From sequence record SRR2962707_945: a DNA stretch of 58,599 nt; one strand, given 5' to 3'. Shown here one piece after another: positions 37,970 through 47,906 of this stretch. The translations under genes and the position numbers were made by a program. The notes beneath the pieces are model-generated. The model had not been told where the DNA came from. It worked only from the letters and a program-made list of their open reading frames with translations, and searched no databases. The stretch's first letter is position 1, and each line of letters opens with the position of its first letter.

Positions 37970-39288
37970 TGCAGGGATCCGTCGTCTGGAGCGAAGGCAT
38001 GTTCATCGCACCTCAACACTTCCAGCACTTAGATGCCACGGTTCAGCACTACGTCAATGAAGTTGCCCAAATTGATCTTAGCTATGGCGATTACGGTGTC
38101 AGCGAACTGCAAATCAACATGGAGCGTCTCAAGGTCGGGAAGATCGCAATCCGCGAGGCTGCCGGCGTATTTCCGGACCGGCTGTTTTTTCGCCTCACGA
38201 AAGAGCTGATCATCGACATTCCTGATGGTGTGGTTGAGGAAACGGTATATCTGGCCGTGCCGCTCGTGATTTCCGGTGCCGCGCAATTTGGCAACGATGA
38301 CGATATGGTGCGCATGGTGAAAACCCGCGCAGAGTTGCGCGATCTGAATGATCCTACAAACGAGCCAATCGAAGCAGAGCTCGCTAACGTGGGTGTTTGT
38401 ATTCGTTTAGGAAGCGAAGATTTCTCGGGCTACGCGGCAATTCCTATAGCGCGTATTCTTGAAAAAACTGCGGAAGGGCGGGTTTCTTTGGACCGCTCCT
38501 TTATCCCGCATGCCTTACGCATCCAAGCCTCTAGCGTGCTGACCGAAAGGTTGGAGGAAATCGTGTCGCTAGCGCGTGCCCGTGCCGCGAATGCAGCAGG
38601 ACGTGTCGCCGCCGATACTGGAAAACGTAGTGAATCCAGCTTGATGACAGAGCGGCAAGAGCTTCAAATTCTTAATCGTTGGCTCTTGGTCTTGCAAAAC
38701 GAGGTGGCAGCCAAATCGATTGGGCCACGCGGTCTCTATACGTATTTGGCCAGCATGTCCGTGGAATTAGATGCCGTTTTAGGGCAGGCGACAGACCCTT
38801 CGTTGCTGTATAATCCCGAACAAATGGCCGCCGCATTCGAGGGCATTTTTGCGGGTTTGCGTCGCAAGCTGACTTTGGAAAAACCTGCAAGCGTGCTTGC
38901 TTTGGCTTGGAATACCGAACTCTTCGAGACCCGTCGTGTTTTACGTTTGATTATTCCGACACGGGTTCTGAGCGCGGATCGGCGGCCAATCCTGGCGCTG
39001 AGTGGACCGGATAACGCGAAAGCTCTCTTGGAACTTGGGCCGCTCGCTTGCAAATTGGCGGGTCTGTCGGCGATGCCTGATCTGGTGGCACGTGGGCTTG
39101 CCGGGATTGAACTGACGCCTTTGCCCGTTCCGCCGCCAGAACTAAGAAGCCGTGCAGACGCGGCCTTTTTTGCGGTGAACACGAGCAGTGAGCATTGGCT
39201 TCGCTATCTTGAGAAAAGGGAAGCTTTGGCGCTACATATTGATGATCGCATCCGCACGGCGGACGCGACGCTCTACATGCTTGACTAG
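37969..39288 (+). CDS. tssK: T6SS baseplate TssK
   Basis: 'VWSEGMFIAPQHFQ', 'GVFPD', 'IPIARI', 'LDRSFIP'. Confidence 0.93.
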   Translation: MQGSVVWSEGMFIAPQHFQHLDATVQHYVNEVAQIDLSYGDYGVSELQINMERLKVGKIAIREAAGVFPDRLFFRLTKELIIDIPDGVVEETVYLAVPLVISGAAQFGNDDDMVRMVKTRAELRDLNDPTNEPIEAELANVGVCIRLGSEDFSGYAAIPIARILEKTAEGRVSLDRSFIPHALRIQASSVLTERLEEIVSLARARAANAAGRVAADTGKRSESSLMTERQELQILNRWLLVLQNEVAAKSIGPRGLYTYLASMSVELDAVLGQATDPSLLYNPEQMAAAFEGIFAGLRRKLTLEKPASVLALAWNTELFETRRVLRLIIPTRVLSADRRPILALSGPDNAKALLELGPLACKLAGLSAMPDLVARGLAGIELTPLPVPPPELRSRADAAFFAVNTSSEHWLRYLEKREALALHIDDRIRTADATLYMLD

Positions 39289-39290
39289 AG

Positions 39291-40163
39291 ATGAATACCA
39301 AAACCCCAGATACGCCTACTCTTACCCTGACCAAAGACGGGGTGTCCGACGCAACTCTTGCGCCTATGGCAGCGGTGGCTGAAAATGATCTGCAAACATT
39401 TGAACGCACGCTGAACCATTACGCCGGTTCAAAGAACGCGCTTTTGAATGCGTCAGCAGATTTATTGGCTGTCTGCGGAACATTGACACGGATGACACCG
39501 AGTGAAGAGCTGAACACAACCCGCCTTGAGATGTCGCGCGCGATTATCGACCTCAAGTATAAAGTTGCGAGAATGGACTACCCCCCGTCGGTGGCGGAAA
39601 ATCTATGCCTTCTATTTGCCATCGCCCTTGACGAATTTATTCTTGTCAGCCCCTGGGGGCGCGACAGCGGATGGGAAAATCGCACTTTGGTTGCTGACTT
39701 GTTCGGGTTTCGTGACGGCGGGGATCGATTTTACAGCATCGCAGATCGTGCGATGATGCAGCCGCGCGCCTTGCGTGAGTTCATCGAAATTATCTACATC
39801 TTACTCAAGCTTGGGTTTCGCGGCAAATTCAACCGAACGAATGAACACGAGCGTGATCGCCTGATCGGTCGGTTGGAAACCGCGCTTAATCTATTCGACG
39901 ATAAGCCGGCAGCGGAGCCGATTGGCCGCGCAATCAAAGATACGGTTGCGCCGCCCAGCATCCTGCCAACCCGCTATAAACTGGCTGGTGCGAGTGCTGC
40001 AATTTTATTGATTACATTTGTGGTTTGGGGACTGCATAGCCAAACCCAAAGCGCACTTGTTTCGGAATTCGCGCAGAAACGCGCCGATGCAGAAGGGGGA
40101 AATGCCGTCGATTTCGTCTTCTCCAGCGAAACAGGCAAAGTCGAAGCGGTACCGCGTAAATGA
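39291..40163 (+). CDS. tssL: T6SS TssL/DotU (no OmpA domain)
   Basis: 'ALDE', 'W...TL', 'GGDRFY', 'LKLGFRGKF', single C-terminal TM. Confidence 0.92.
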   Translation: MNTKTPDTPTLTLTKDGVSDATLAPMAAVAENDLQTFERTLNHYAGSKNALLNASADLLAVCGTLTRMTPSEELNTTRLEMSRAIIDLKYKVARMDYPPSVAENLCLLFAIALDEFILVSPWGRDSGWENRTLVADLFGFRDGGDRFYSIADRAMMQPRALREFIEIIYILLKLGFRGKFNRTNEHERDRLIGRLETALNLFDDKPAAEPIGRAIKDTVAPPSILPTRYKLAGASAAILLITFVVWGLHSQTQSALVSEFAQKRADAEGGNAVDFVFSSETGKVEAVPRK

Positions 40164-43100
40164 ATTGGCCAAAGATCATAAAAATCGCCCTCGTTGCGTT
40201 CCTGCTGGTTATGCTCGCGCAGCTAGGTGGGCTTTTGTTCACGTGGTACTCGGGAACGCCCTTTAGTTTGGGGCGCTATATCTGGCTTGGCTTGATCCTC
40301 GGTTCATCGCTGATTGTCGCCATTCTCGCGCTCGTGTTCCGGTCAAGAATTTGGGTCTCTGATCCGGTTCTGGCCAAGCTACGGGCGTTAAGGCAGCTCG
40401 CTAAGAAACAGTTTCGCCAAGCGCGCTCACGGGCCAACACGATAAACAAAAGCCCCGATAGCGTCCCTTGGTACCTGTTCCTTGCGATGCAAAAAGACAC
40501 CCGCTCTACGTTGATGGCGGAATTGGGGTATGTCATTTTTGGCGACCCGGTGACCCATAAGGGGCTGGTTTTCACCACTTGGGTGTCGCCGACAGCAGTG
40601 GCCTACCGTGTCGAAATTGATGCGACCAAAGAGCTATCTTTTGATTTGCTGGACATCGTCCAGGGCTTGTTGTTCAAAAACCGCCCTAACATGGCTATTA
40701 ACGCGGCTTTTGTTGAATATGAGCTGGCTGATTTGATGCAATCCGCGGCCACTGAAACGGGCAACATAACAACCATCAACCGTATCTTGAACGTCGTTGC
40801 AGACAGCTTTGGTATGGATATCCCCGTTCATGTATCGCTCACGGGGTTGGAACATATGCCCGATCTTGCCCGAGCCGCGATGCTGACCGGGCAAATGGGC
40901 AGCGACGCTATTTTCGGTGGTTTTCTGACGACCGAAAAGACCGATTTGAACGAGCGTATTGATAGCCTCTTTGAGGATATGATCAGGGCTTTGAACACCG
41001 AACAACTATCGTCACTACAAAAACAAATTACCCCCGAATACTGTGCCGCGCTTTTGAACGCACCATTTCAGTTGTCGTTACTGCAAGCGCAAGTCAAATC
41101 TCGCATGGCAATTTTGACGCAAGCACGCCCACCACGCACGCATCTGCTTAACCTGCAAAGCATTGTCTTTGTTGGTGGCCGGACCGGAATGGGCCCTGTT
41201 GACCCGCTTAGCCAAGTGGCCTGTTCACGGTTTTTCAATGGCGCGCCTTTGCTCATCCCGCGCAATGATATGGCTGACAGTGTCACGATCGAGAACGCTG
41301 GTCTTCTGGCATCTGCGTACCACCGCGAACGCTTTGGCGTTGAACAGAACCGCCGCTACAGCGTGCAGCGTTCGTTTAATGCAACGCTATGGTCCCTGAC
41401 GTTGTGTGGCCTTGTGGCCCTGTTCAGCTTTCTGGTTTGGGACAACTATCGATCCTATGCAGCAGTTAACGACCGCCTAGAGGCAGCATTCGATCAGTAC
41501 TTCAACGAAGCTGCCGATTTGACAACAGATTCAGACTTTTTGGTTAAACGTGTTCTGAGTTTACAGCCTTTGCGTGACGGCCTTGATGGATATGACGCAC
41601 TGAACGAATATCATCATCGTCGTCTGTTACCCAATTGGTCGATGGAGGAAATGTACCAAGGTCTTTACGAGACCGAATTGGCAGGCGGCCTCCAAGCGTC
41701 ACTTATCAACTTCTTGGAAAAAGAGATATTCGCTTACAATAGCCTGCAAGACGGGGTCGAACTGATACGCCTCGCCTCTGTAGAGGTGCAGATATACGAG
41801 GACCAAGAGACCCATAAGTCTGAATTAACAGAGTATTTCTCGAAGGGTTTGAATGATGAGGGCGAAGTGTCCGGCGTTTTCCAATCCCAGTTGCGCGCGA
41901 CGCTCGGTGAACTCTTCACGCTGAACCAGCCACCGCAAACACGTAACGAAGAGCTTAGAAAAGTCGTTATCAAAACGCTGTCGGCGCTGGATTCTGACGA
42001 ACTGATCTACAAATCTTTGATGCGCCGCAGCACCTATGCCGAACGCGTCGATTTACGTCAAATGATCGGTCCCAGGTTCTTTGAAGTGTTCGTTCCGATG
42101 GACGATGCCCAAGCATATCTTGTTCCCCGCGGGTATACGCGTTCAGGATTTAATCTGCTGTTTGACGAAGGTTCGATTTCAGGTCTGTCGACCATGATCA
42201 ACAATTATGCGGATGTTGTGGGCATGATTGATAGCGCTCGGGAGAACGCGATCATTCGCGGGGTAAGCCAGCGCTATACGGCGGATTACATCTCGAGATG
42301 GAGCACGTTCTTATCGTCGTTGAGCTTGCGTGAGGCGGAAAGCTGGAGTGATGCTCAAATCCTGATGGATGCGCTAACCAATCCGTCGGAAAACCCGATT
42401 GATCGGCTGGCGGCCGCGTTGACGAATAATGCGGACATCAAGGTCTTTTTACCACCACCACCGGCTGCTGATGCAGCCGTGCCAGCGGCAGGCGCGGCAC
42501 CAGCACCCCCCGATGCGGCACCTCAATTGGCACCTGCTTCTGCAAGTCTCGAAGCGGCTGCCGCGTATAATATTCGAACGGCGTTCCAGCCTTATTTGGA
42601 TGCCTTGCGCGCGGAGGGGGATCAAAAAAGCCAATTCGATCTGTTTCTGTCTTACGCCCGCGACGTGAACCGCTGGCTTGAAGAGGCGGCAAGCGCTTCG
42701 AATGGCCCGGGCGCATTCTTGTTCGAGCAATTCCAAAAGGCCGAAAGCACAAACCCACTGGCGGTCCTGAACTCGCTCGTGGTCCGTTCGGAACTGGACA
42801 TTATTCGTGATTTTGGGCGCAGTATTGCGAGTACTCTGGACGAAAGCGCGATGGGGTTCGTATACGAGTATATTGACGGGCAGTGGCACGATCAGATTTT
42901 GTCGCTACATGGGGCAAGCCTGACCCGGAATTTCCCTTTCGATGCCTCCTCTGCCAACGACATGCCACTTGACGAGTTTGCCGATCTCTTTGCCCCGGAA
43001 GGCAAACTCCTAACATTTGAAAAGACCTATCTATCCCGTTTCAAAACCCAAAGCGGCGTGTTCCTGTCGCGGGGCACGTTTCTTTTGACCGGTAGGGCCG

Positions 43101-43819
43101 AGGTTTCTGCGGAAACCAATTCGGCCTTTCGTAACTTTGGCCAGATTGCAGAGGTCATGTTTGTTGATGGTAAGCCATATTTAGACTTCGAACTCCGCCC
43201 GGGTTTGATGGCACCCGATCTTAGCAATCTCTCAATTACGTCTGGTGTCACGCTGTTACAGTTCGCGCACGGTCCGGTTCTGTGGACAAAGCAGCAATGG
43301 CCCGTCGCGGGTATCAAAGACAGCGATTTGACCTTGCGTATTTTTAGGCGGTCTCGCGCGCTGATCAATGAAACTTTCACTGGGCCGTGGTCTTGGTTCC
43401 GTCTTGTCCATAGTGGCACTACGTCGCTCAATCCGTCGTTGGGTGTTGCGGAAACGGTATTCTCTAGCGAGGCGGGCAACGTTACGCTTCAACTTGAAGC
43501 TACCGTGCGCTTTAATCCTTTCGGTCCCGGCTTTTTCTCGAACATCGAATTGCCCGCGACGCTTTTCAATAGCAAAGGCGCGTATAGCGCTGGCCAGGTC
43601 GACGGCGAGCTGATTGAAATCTTACGTTTATGGCTTGCTCGTGATCCAGTGGCAGAGAAAACCCTGATAGAGCAACGTGGGCGTAGTCTTGATATTGCGA
43701 CGCGTTCTGCGATCCAAAGACGGCTGCAGATTGCGGGCCACTACGGCGGCCAGATCGACGGTATTTTCGGACGGCAGACGCGCACCGGCCTCGTTTCTTG
43801 GCGCAATGCACTACAATAG
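40160..43819 (+). CDS. tssM: T6SS TssM/IcmF with C-terminal peptidoglycan-binding domain
   Basis: Three TMs, 'PWYL', 'IPVHV', 'YTADYISRW', 'FPF', 'GPWSWFRL', 'NPF'; tail 'IQRRLQIAGHYGGQIDGIFGRQTR'. Confidence 0.92.
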   Translation: MNWPKIIKIALVAFLLVMLAQLGGLLFTWYSGTPFSLGRYIWLGLILGSSLIVAILALVFRSRIWVSDPVLAKLRALRQLAKKQFRQARSRANTINKSPDSVPWYLFLAMQKDTRSTLMAELGYVIFGDPVTHKGLVFTTWVSPTAVAYRVEIDATKELSFDLLDIVQGLLFKNRPNMAINAAFVEYELADLMQSAATETGNITTINRILNVVADSFGMDIPVHVSLTGLEHMPDLARAAMLTGQMGSDAIFGGFLTTEKTDLNERIDSLFEDMIRALNTEQLSSLQKQITPEYCAALLNAPFQLSLLQAQVKSRMAILTQARPPRTHLLNLQSIVFVGGRTGMGPVDPLSQVACSRFFNGAPLLIPRNDMADSVTIENAGLLASAYHRERFGVEQNRRYSVQRSFNATLWSLTLCGLVALFSFLVWDNYRSYAAVNDRLEAAFDQYFNEAADLTTDSDFLVKRVLSLQPLRDGLDGYDALNEYHHRRLLPNWSMEEMYQGLYETELAGGLQASLINFLEKEIFAYNSLQDGVELIRLASVEVQIYEDQETHKSELTEYFSKGLNDEGEVSGVFQSQLRATLGELFTLNQPPQTRNEELRKVVIKTLSALDSDELIYKSLMRRSTYAERVDLRQMIGPRFFEVFVPMDDAQAYLVPRGYTRSGFNLLFDEGSISGLSTMINNYADVVGMIDSARENAIIRGVSQRYTADYISRWSTFLSSLSLREAESWSDAQILMDALTNPSENPIDRLAAALTNNADIKVFLPPPPAADAAVPAAGAAPAPPDAAPQLAPASASLEAAAAYNIRTAFQPYLDALRAEGDQKSQFDLFLSYARDVNRWLEEAASASNGPGAFLFEQFQKAESTNPLAVLNSLVVRSELDIIRDFGRSIASTLDESAMGFVYEYIDGQWHDQILSLHGASLTRNFPFDASSANDMPLDEFADLFAPEGKLLTFEKTYLSRFKTQSGVFLSRGTFLLTGRAEVSAETNSAFRNFGQIAEVMFVDGKPYLDFELRPGLMAPDLSNLSITSGVTLLQFAHGPVLWTKQQWPVAGIKDSDLTLRIFRRSRALINETFTGPWSWFRLVHSGTTSLNPSLGVAETVFSSEAGNVTLQLEATVRFNPFGPGFFSNIELPATLFNSKGAYSAGQVDGELIEILRLWLARDPVAEKTLIEQRGRSLDIATRSAIQRRLQIAGHYGGQIDGIFGRQTRTGLVSWRNALQ

Positions 43820-44037
43820 TGCCAATGTGATTTGGTTTGCGACTGGCGGCCTGTGAAATGCTGGGCCAGATAAATCGTAAGCGCGGCTGAGATTCCACCG
43901 TTCCATAACAGGGTAGGCACACGGCTGACGTCGTCGCCGCTCCTCTTCCCTCGTTGAACGAGTTTTCATTAACGTGCCCGATCCCTCGCAGTGGACTGTA
44001 CAGGATTGAAAAGATTTACGCCGAACGTGCGAACGCG

Positions 44038-44051
44038 TTGATATGTGTCAA
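44038..44051 (+). promoter_or_regulatory. FNR/FnrL-type box
   Basis: TTGATATGTGTCAA fits TTGAY-N4-RTCAA; GATAAT at 44072-44077 lies at class II promoter spacing, upstream of the hlyD gene. Confidence 0.7.
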
Positions 44052-44144
44052 ATTACTGTCTTCCAGTTCGGGATAATTCTTTGTTGGGGCGTTCGAGAGT
44101 CTTCGTACTTGCTGTTTCGTCAAGCTAACTAAGGATATCTGAAA

Positions 44145-45137
44145 ATGAACACGCGTCTTTGGATTGCCGCGCTGGTTGTCGTCGTCCTGGGGGCTGGCGC
44201 GTATTATTTGAATCTGGATACGGGGCCGGAATTACCCGAAGATTTCGCCCTTGGTAATGGCCGGGTTGAGGGCGTGCAGATCGACATCGTGTCGCGCATC
44301 GCGGGCAGGGTCGAAAGCGTCGATGTGCTTGAGGGCGAATTGGTCGAGGTCGGCCAGCAGGTCGCCAGCATCGACACAAGGCTTCTTCGGACTCAGTTGG
44401 CCAGCGCCAAGGCCCAAGTGGCCAGTGCCGAAGCGCAGACGGCCTCGGCCGCGGCCAATGTTGTGCAGGCCGAGGCGACGCTTGCGCTTGCCGCGATCAG
44501 TCTGGATCGCACCCGGGAATTGAATGAACGCGGCACGTCGACGGACGCCCAGCTTGATGCAAGCGAAAGTGAACATGCGGTGGCAGAGGCAAACCTGCAG
44601 GCCGCAAAGGCGTCATTTCACGCGCAGGAGGCGTTGGCCGAAGTGTCACGCGCCGCTGTGGAAGAGGCGCAGACGAATATCGAGGATGCCACGCTCGTGG
44701 CACCGCGTCCGGGTCGGGTGCTCTATCGTTTGGTCGAACCGGGAGAGATGGTCGCTTCGGGCGGTCAGGTGGTGTCGATGGTCGACCTTGGCAATATCTA
44801 CCTCGAATTCTATCTCTCCGAACTTGACGCGCACCGCATCGCTATCGGCAATGAGGCACGCATCAAGCTTGATATCGCCCCCGATTTTGTTGTGCCGGCT
44901 CAGGTGTCGTTTGTCTCGCCGGTTTCCCAATTCACGCCCAGTCAGGTCGAGACCGAGGACACCCGTGCCGAGTTGGTTTTTCGCGTCCGTGTCCGGATCG
45001 CAGAGGAACTGGTGAAAGAGCGTATTCAGATGATCAAGACCGGTATGCGCGCGGTGGTCTATGTCCGCTTGACCAGCCCCGAGCCGTCGGAGTGGCCGGA
45101 TTATCTGACTGTCAATATTCCGCCGGTCGCGGAGTAG
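44145..45137 (+). CDS. HlyD-family membrane fusion protein (YhiI-like)
   Basis: N-terminal TM, 'GNGRVEG', lipoyl-like halves, 'QFTP..VET...LVFRV'. Confidence 0.9.
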   Translation: MNTRLWIAALVVVVLGAGAYYLNLDTGPELPEDFALGNGRVEGVQIDIVSRIAGRVESVDVLEGELVEVGQQVASIDTRLLRTQLASAKAQVASAEAQTASAAANVVQAEATLALAAISLDRTRELNERGTSTDAQLDASESEHAVAEANLQAAKASFHAQEALAEVSRAAVEEAQTNIEDATLVAPRPGRVLYRLVEPGEMVASGGQVVSMVDLGNIYLEFYLSELDAHRIAIGNEARIKLDIAPDFVVPAQVSFVSPVSQFTPSQVETEDTRAELVFRVRVRIAEELVKERIQMIKTGMRAVVYVRLTSPEPSEWPDYLTVNIPPVAE

Positions 45138-45144
45138 GCCTGCC

Positions 45145-47904
45145 ATGAACACGGGCGTCTCATCCGGCGGGCAAGATGCAGTTGTTCGCATCTCAGGGCT
45201 GAGCCAACGCTACAAATCAGTTGTCGCGCTCGACGCGGTTACGCTTGACTTGCCACCCGGCCAGATCGTCGGGTTGCTCGGGCCGGATGGGGTTGGCAAA
45301 TCGACGCTGCTCGACCTGATCGCCGGGGCAAGGGTCATGCAAGACGGTACCCTTAACGTGTTGGGCGGCTCGATGAGCGATGCCGCGCACCGGCGCCGGA
45401 TTGGTCCGCGCATCGCCTATATGCCGCAGGGTCTGGGCAAGAACTTGTATCAAACCCTGTCGGTGCACGAGAACCTGACGTTTTTCGGTCAACTGTTCGG
45501 GCAGGGCAAGGCCGAACGCGAAGCCCGGATCAAGCGGCTGACTCGCGCGACGGGGCTTGACCCCTTTGTTGATCGCCCGGCGGGAAAACTCTCGGGTGGT
45601 ATGAAACAAAAGCTTGGCTTGTGTTGTTCGCTTTTGCACGATCCGGATCTTTTGATCCTTGATGAACCGACCACCGGCGTTGACCCCCTTTCACGGCGCC
45701 AGTTCTGGGAACTGATCGACGCGATCCGCGCCGAGAGGACGGGCATGTCGGTTTTGGTTTCGACCGCATATATGGACGAGGCAGACGGTTTCGACTGGTT
45801 GGTGGCGATGGATGCGGGCCGCGTCATCGGCACCGGCACAGCAGCCGAGCTGCAGGCCCAGACCGGTGCCGCGACATTGGAAGAGGCGTTTGTTCGCCTG
45901 TTGCCTGACAGCAGTGGTGACGTTTCAGGGCCGCTCGAAATTCCACCGCTGACCGACGATGGCGGCGCACCGGCGATCACAGCGCGCGGCCTGACCAAAC
46001 GGTTCGGGGATTTCACCGCCGTCAGCGATGTCAGTTTTGACATCCGACCGGGCGAGATTTTCGGTTTCCTCGGGTCCAACGGCTGCGGAAAAACCACGAC
46101 CATGAAGATGTTGACGGGGCTACTGCCCGCCTCGGAGGGCGAGGCACTGCTGTTCGGCAAGCCGGTCGATGCGCATGATATGGCGACACGCCACCGGGTC
46201 GGTTTCATGAGCCAGGCGTTTTCGCTTTATGGCGAGCTGACGGTGAGCGAGAACCTCAGCCTGCATGCCCGCCTGTTCAAACTGGAAAAGCGCAAAGCCC
46301 GCAGCCGGATTGACCTTATGCGGGATCGGTTCGGGCTTGGTCCTTATATGGACAAGCGGGCAGGTGCCCTGCCGCTTGGGATGCGTCAGCGCCTGTCGTT
46401 GGCAGTGGCAGTGTTGCACGAACCCGAAGTGCTGATCTTGGACGAACCTACGTCGGGGGTTGATCCTGTGGCGCGGGACCAGTTTTGGGAATTGCTGATC
46501 GAATTGTCGCGAGGGGATAAGGTCACGATCTTTATTTCCACCCATTTCATGAACGAAGCCATACGTTGTGACCGGATATCGTTGATGCACGCGGGTCGGG
46601 TGTTGATTAGCGATGCCCCCGAACAGATCATACAGCAGTCGGGTCATGATAATTTGGAAGCGGCGTTCATCCACTATATCGAAGCGGCTTCGGGCAACGG
46701 CGCGGCGGGCGAGCCCGAAGCCCTTGCGCTCGGGGCGGTTGCATCCGACGCGGGGTCCAGCGACAGGCTTGGTCGCTTCAGCCTGAAACGGCTGCTCGCG
46801 CTCAGCCACCGCGAGACGCTCGAGGTGCTCCGCGATCCGATCCGGCTTGCCTTTGCCGTCTTTGGCAGTGCCATCCTGTTGGTGGTGCTCTCGTTCGGCA
46901 TGGGCAGTGAAGATGCCGCCGCAGAATTCACCGTGCTCGACTCAGATCAGACACCTGCCAGCCGCGCCTATGTCGCCGCGCTCGATGCCTCGCCCGATCT
47001 GACCGAAGTCGCATCGGTGCTGACGTTGGACGCATTGCGGGATCAGCTGGTGGCCGGAAAGGTGGATGCCGGCGTGGAAATCCCTGCCGGGTTCGGCTTG
47101 GACATGGCGCTAGGGCGCGACACGGATATCTTTACCCTCATCGATGGCAGCAACGTCAACCGCGGTGAAACCGTGCTGGCCAGCCTTGAAGAGGCCCATA
47201 CCGCCTGGCTGGCTGATCAACAGCGCCAGACCTATCACGTGCGCGAACATACCGTGGTGGGCGTCGATGTGTCTGCGCGGTTTCTCTACAATCCGAATGT
47301 CGAGATCATGATGGCAATGGGTCCTTCAGTTCCGGCGATCCTGTTGATGTTGTTCCCGGCGATCCTTATGGCCGTGTCGGTTGCGCGCGAAAAGGAGGTG
47401 GGGACCATCACCAACTTCTACGTTACGCCGACCAACAAGGTGGAATTCCTGCTGGGCAAGCAAATCCCCTATGTTGCGCTTGCCGTGTTCAACTTCCTCT
47501 TGCTGACGTTGATCGTGACGATCGGGTTGGATGTCCCGCTAAAGGGGAGCTTTCTGACGCTGATGGCCGGGTCGGCATTGTTCGGCTTTGCCTCCACCGG
47601 ATTCGGGCTTATCGTTTCGTCGATGGTCAAAAATCAGGTGGCGGCGGTGACCGTTGCCTCGCTTTTGTCGGTGCTCCCTACGGTGACCTATTCGGGGTTG
47701 ACGCAGCCCCTGTCCACGATGTCGCCGACGGGCCAAACGATCGGCGCGCTTTGGCCAGCCTCATACTACCTGAGCCTCAGCGTTGGCAGTTATACCAAGG
47801 GTCTGGGCTTGGAATACTTGTGGACGGATCTGGTGGGGCTGGCCGTGTTCGGCCCGGTGTTCTTGGCGATCGCCACGCTGTTTCTAAAAAAGCAGGAGCG
47901 CTGA
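45145..47904 (+). CDS. rbbA: RbbA-like double ABC ATPase fused to an ABC-2 permease
   Basis: 'GPDGVGKS', 'AYMPQGLGKNLY', 'LSGGMKQKL', second NBD 'GSNGCGKT', 'LPLGMRQRL', C-terminal ABC-2 membrane domain. Confidence 0.92.
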   Translation: MNTGVSSGGQDAVVRISGLSQRYKSVVALDAVTLDLPPGQIVGLLGPDGVGKSTLLDLIAGARVMQDGTLNVLGGSMSDAAHRRRIGPRIAYMPQGLGKNLYQTLSVHENLTFFGQLFGQGKAEREARIKRLTRATGLDPFVDRPAGKLSGGMKQKLGLCCSLLHDPDLLILDEPTTGVDPLSRRQFWELIDAIRAERTGMSVLVSTAYMDEADGFDWLVAMDAGRVIGTGTAAELQAQTGAATLEEAFVRLLPDSSGDVSGPLEIPPLTDDGGAPAITARGLTKRFGDFTAVSDVSFDIRPGEIFGFLGSNGCGKTTTMKMLTGLLPASEGEALLFGKPVDAHDMATRHRVGFMSQAFSLYGELTVSENLSLHARLFKLEKRKARSRIDLMRDRFGLGPYMDKRAGALPLGMRQRLSLAVAVLHEPEVLILDEPTSGVDPVARDQFWELLIELSRGDKVTIFISTHFMNEAIRCDRISLMHAGRVLISDAPEQIIQQSGHDNLEAAFIHYIEAASGNGAAGEPEALALGAVASDAGSSDRLGRFSLKRLLALSHRETLEVLRDPIRLAFAVFGSAILLVVLSFGMGSEDAAAEFTVLDSDQTPASRAYVAALDASPDLTEVASVLTLDALRDQLVAGKVDAGVEIPAGFGLDMALGRDTDIFTLIDGSNVNRGETVLASLEEAHTAWLADQQRQTYHVREHTVVGVDVSARFLYNPNVEIMMAMGPSVPAILLMLFPAILMAVSVAREKEVGTITNFYVTPTNKVEFLLGKQIPYVALAVFNFLLLTLIVTIGLDVPLKGSFLTLMAGSALFGFASTGFGLIVSSMVKNQVAAVTVASLLSVLPTVTYSGLTQPLSTMSPTGQTIGALWPASYYLSLSVGSYTKGLGLEYLWTDLVGLAVFGPVFLAIATLFLKKQER

Positions 47905-47906
47905 GC

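Noticed and set aside
42450-42545. Pro/Ala-rich low-complexity stretch in tssM as a repeat element or frameshift site
   Set aside because: In-frame flexible linker without exact tandem units; reading frame is continuous.
43898-43925. TTATGGAAC (minus strand) resembling an alphaproteobacterial XerD arm just after tssM
   Set aside because: No XerC-like arm at 6-bp spacing, so it cannot be called a second dif site.
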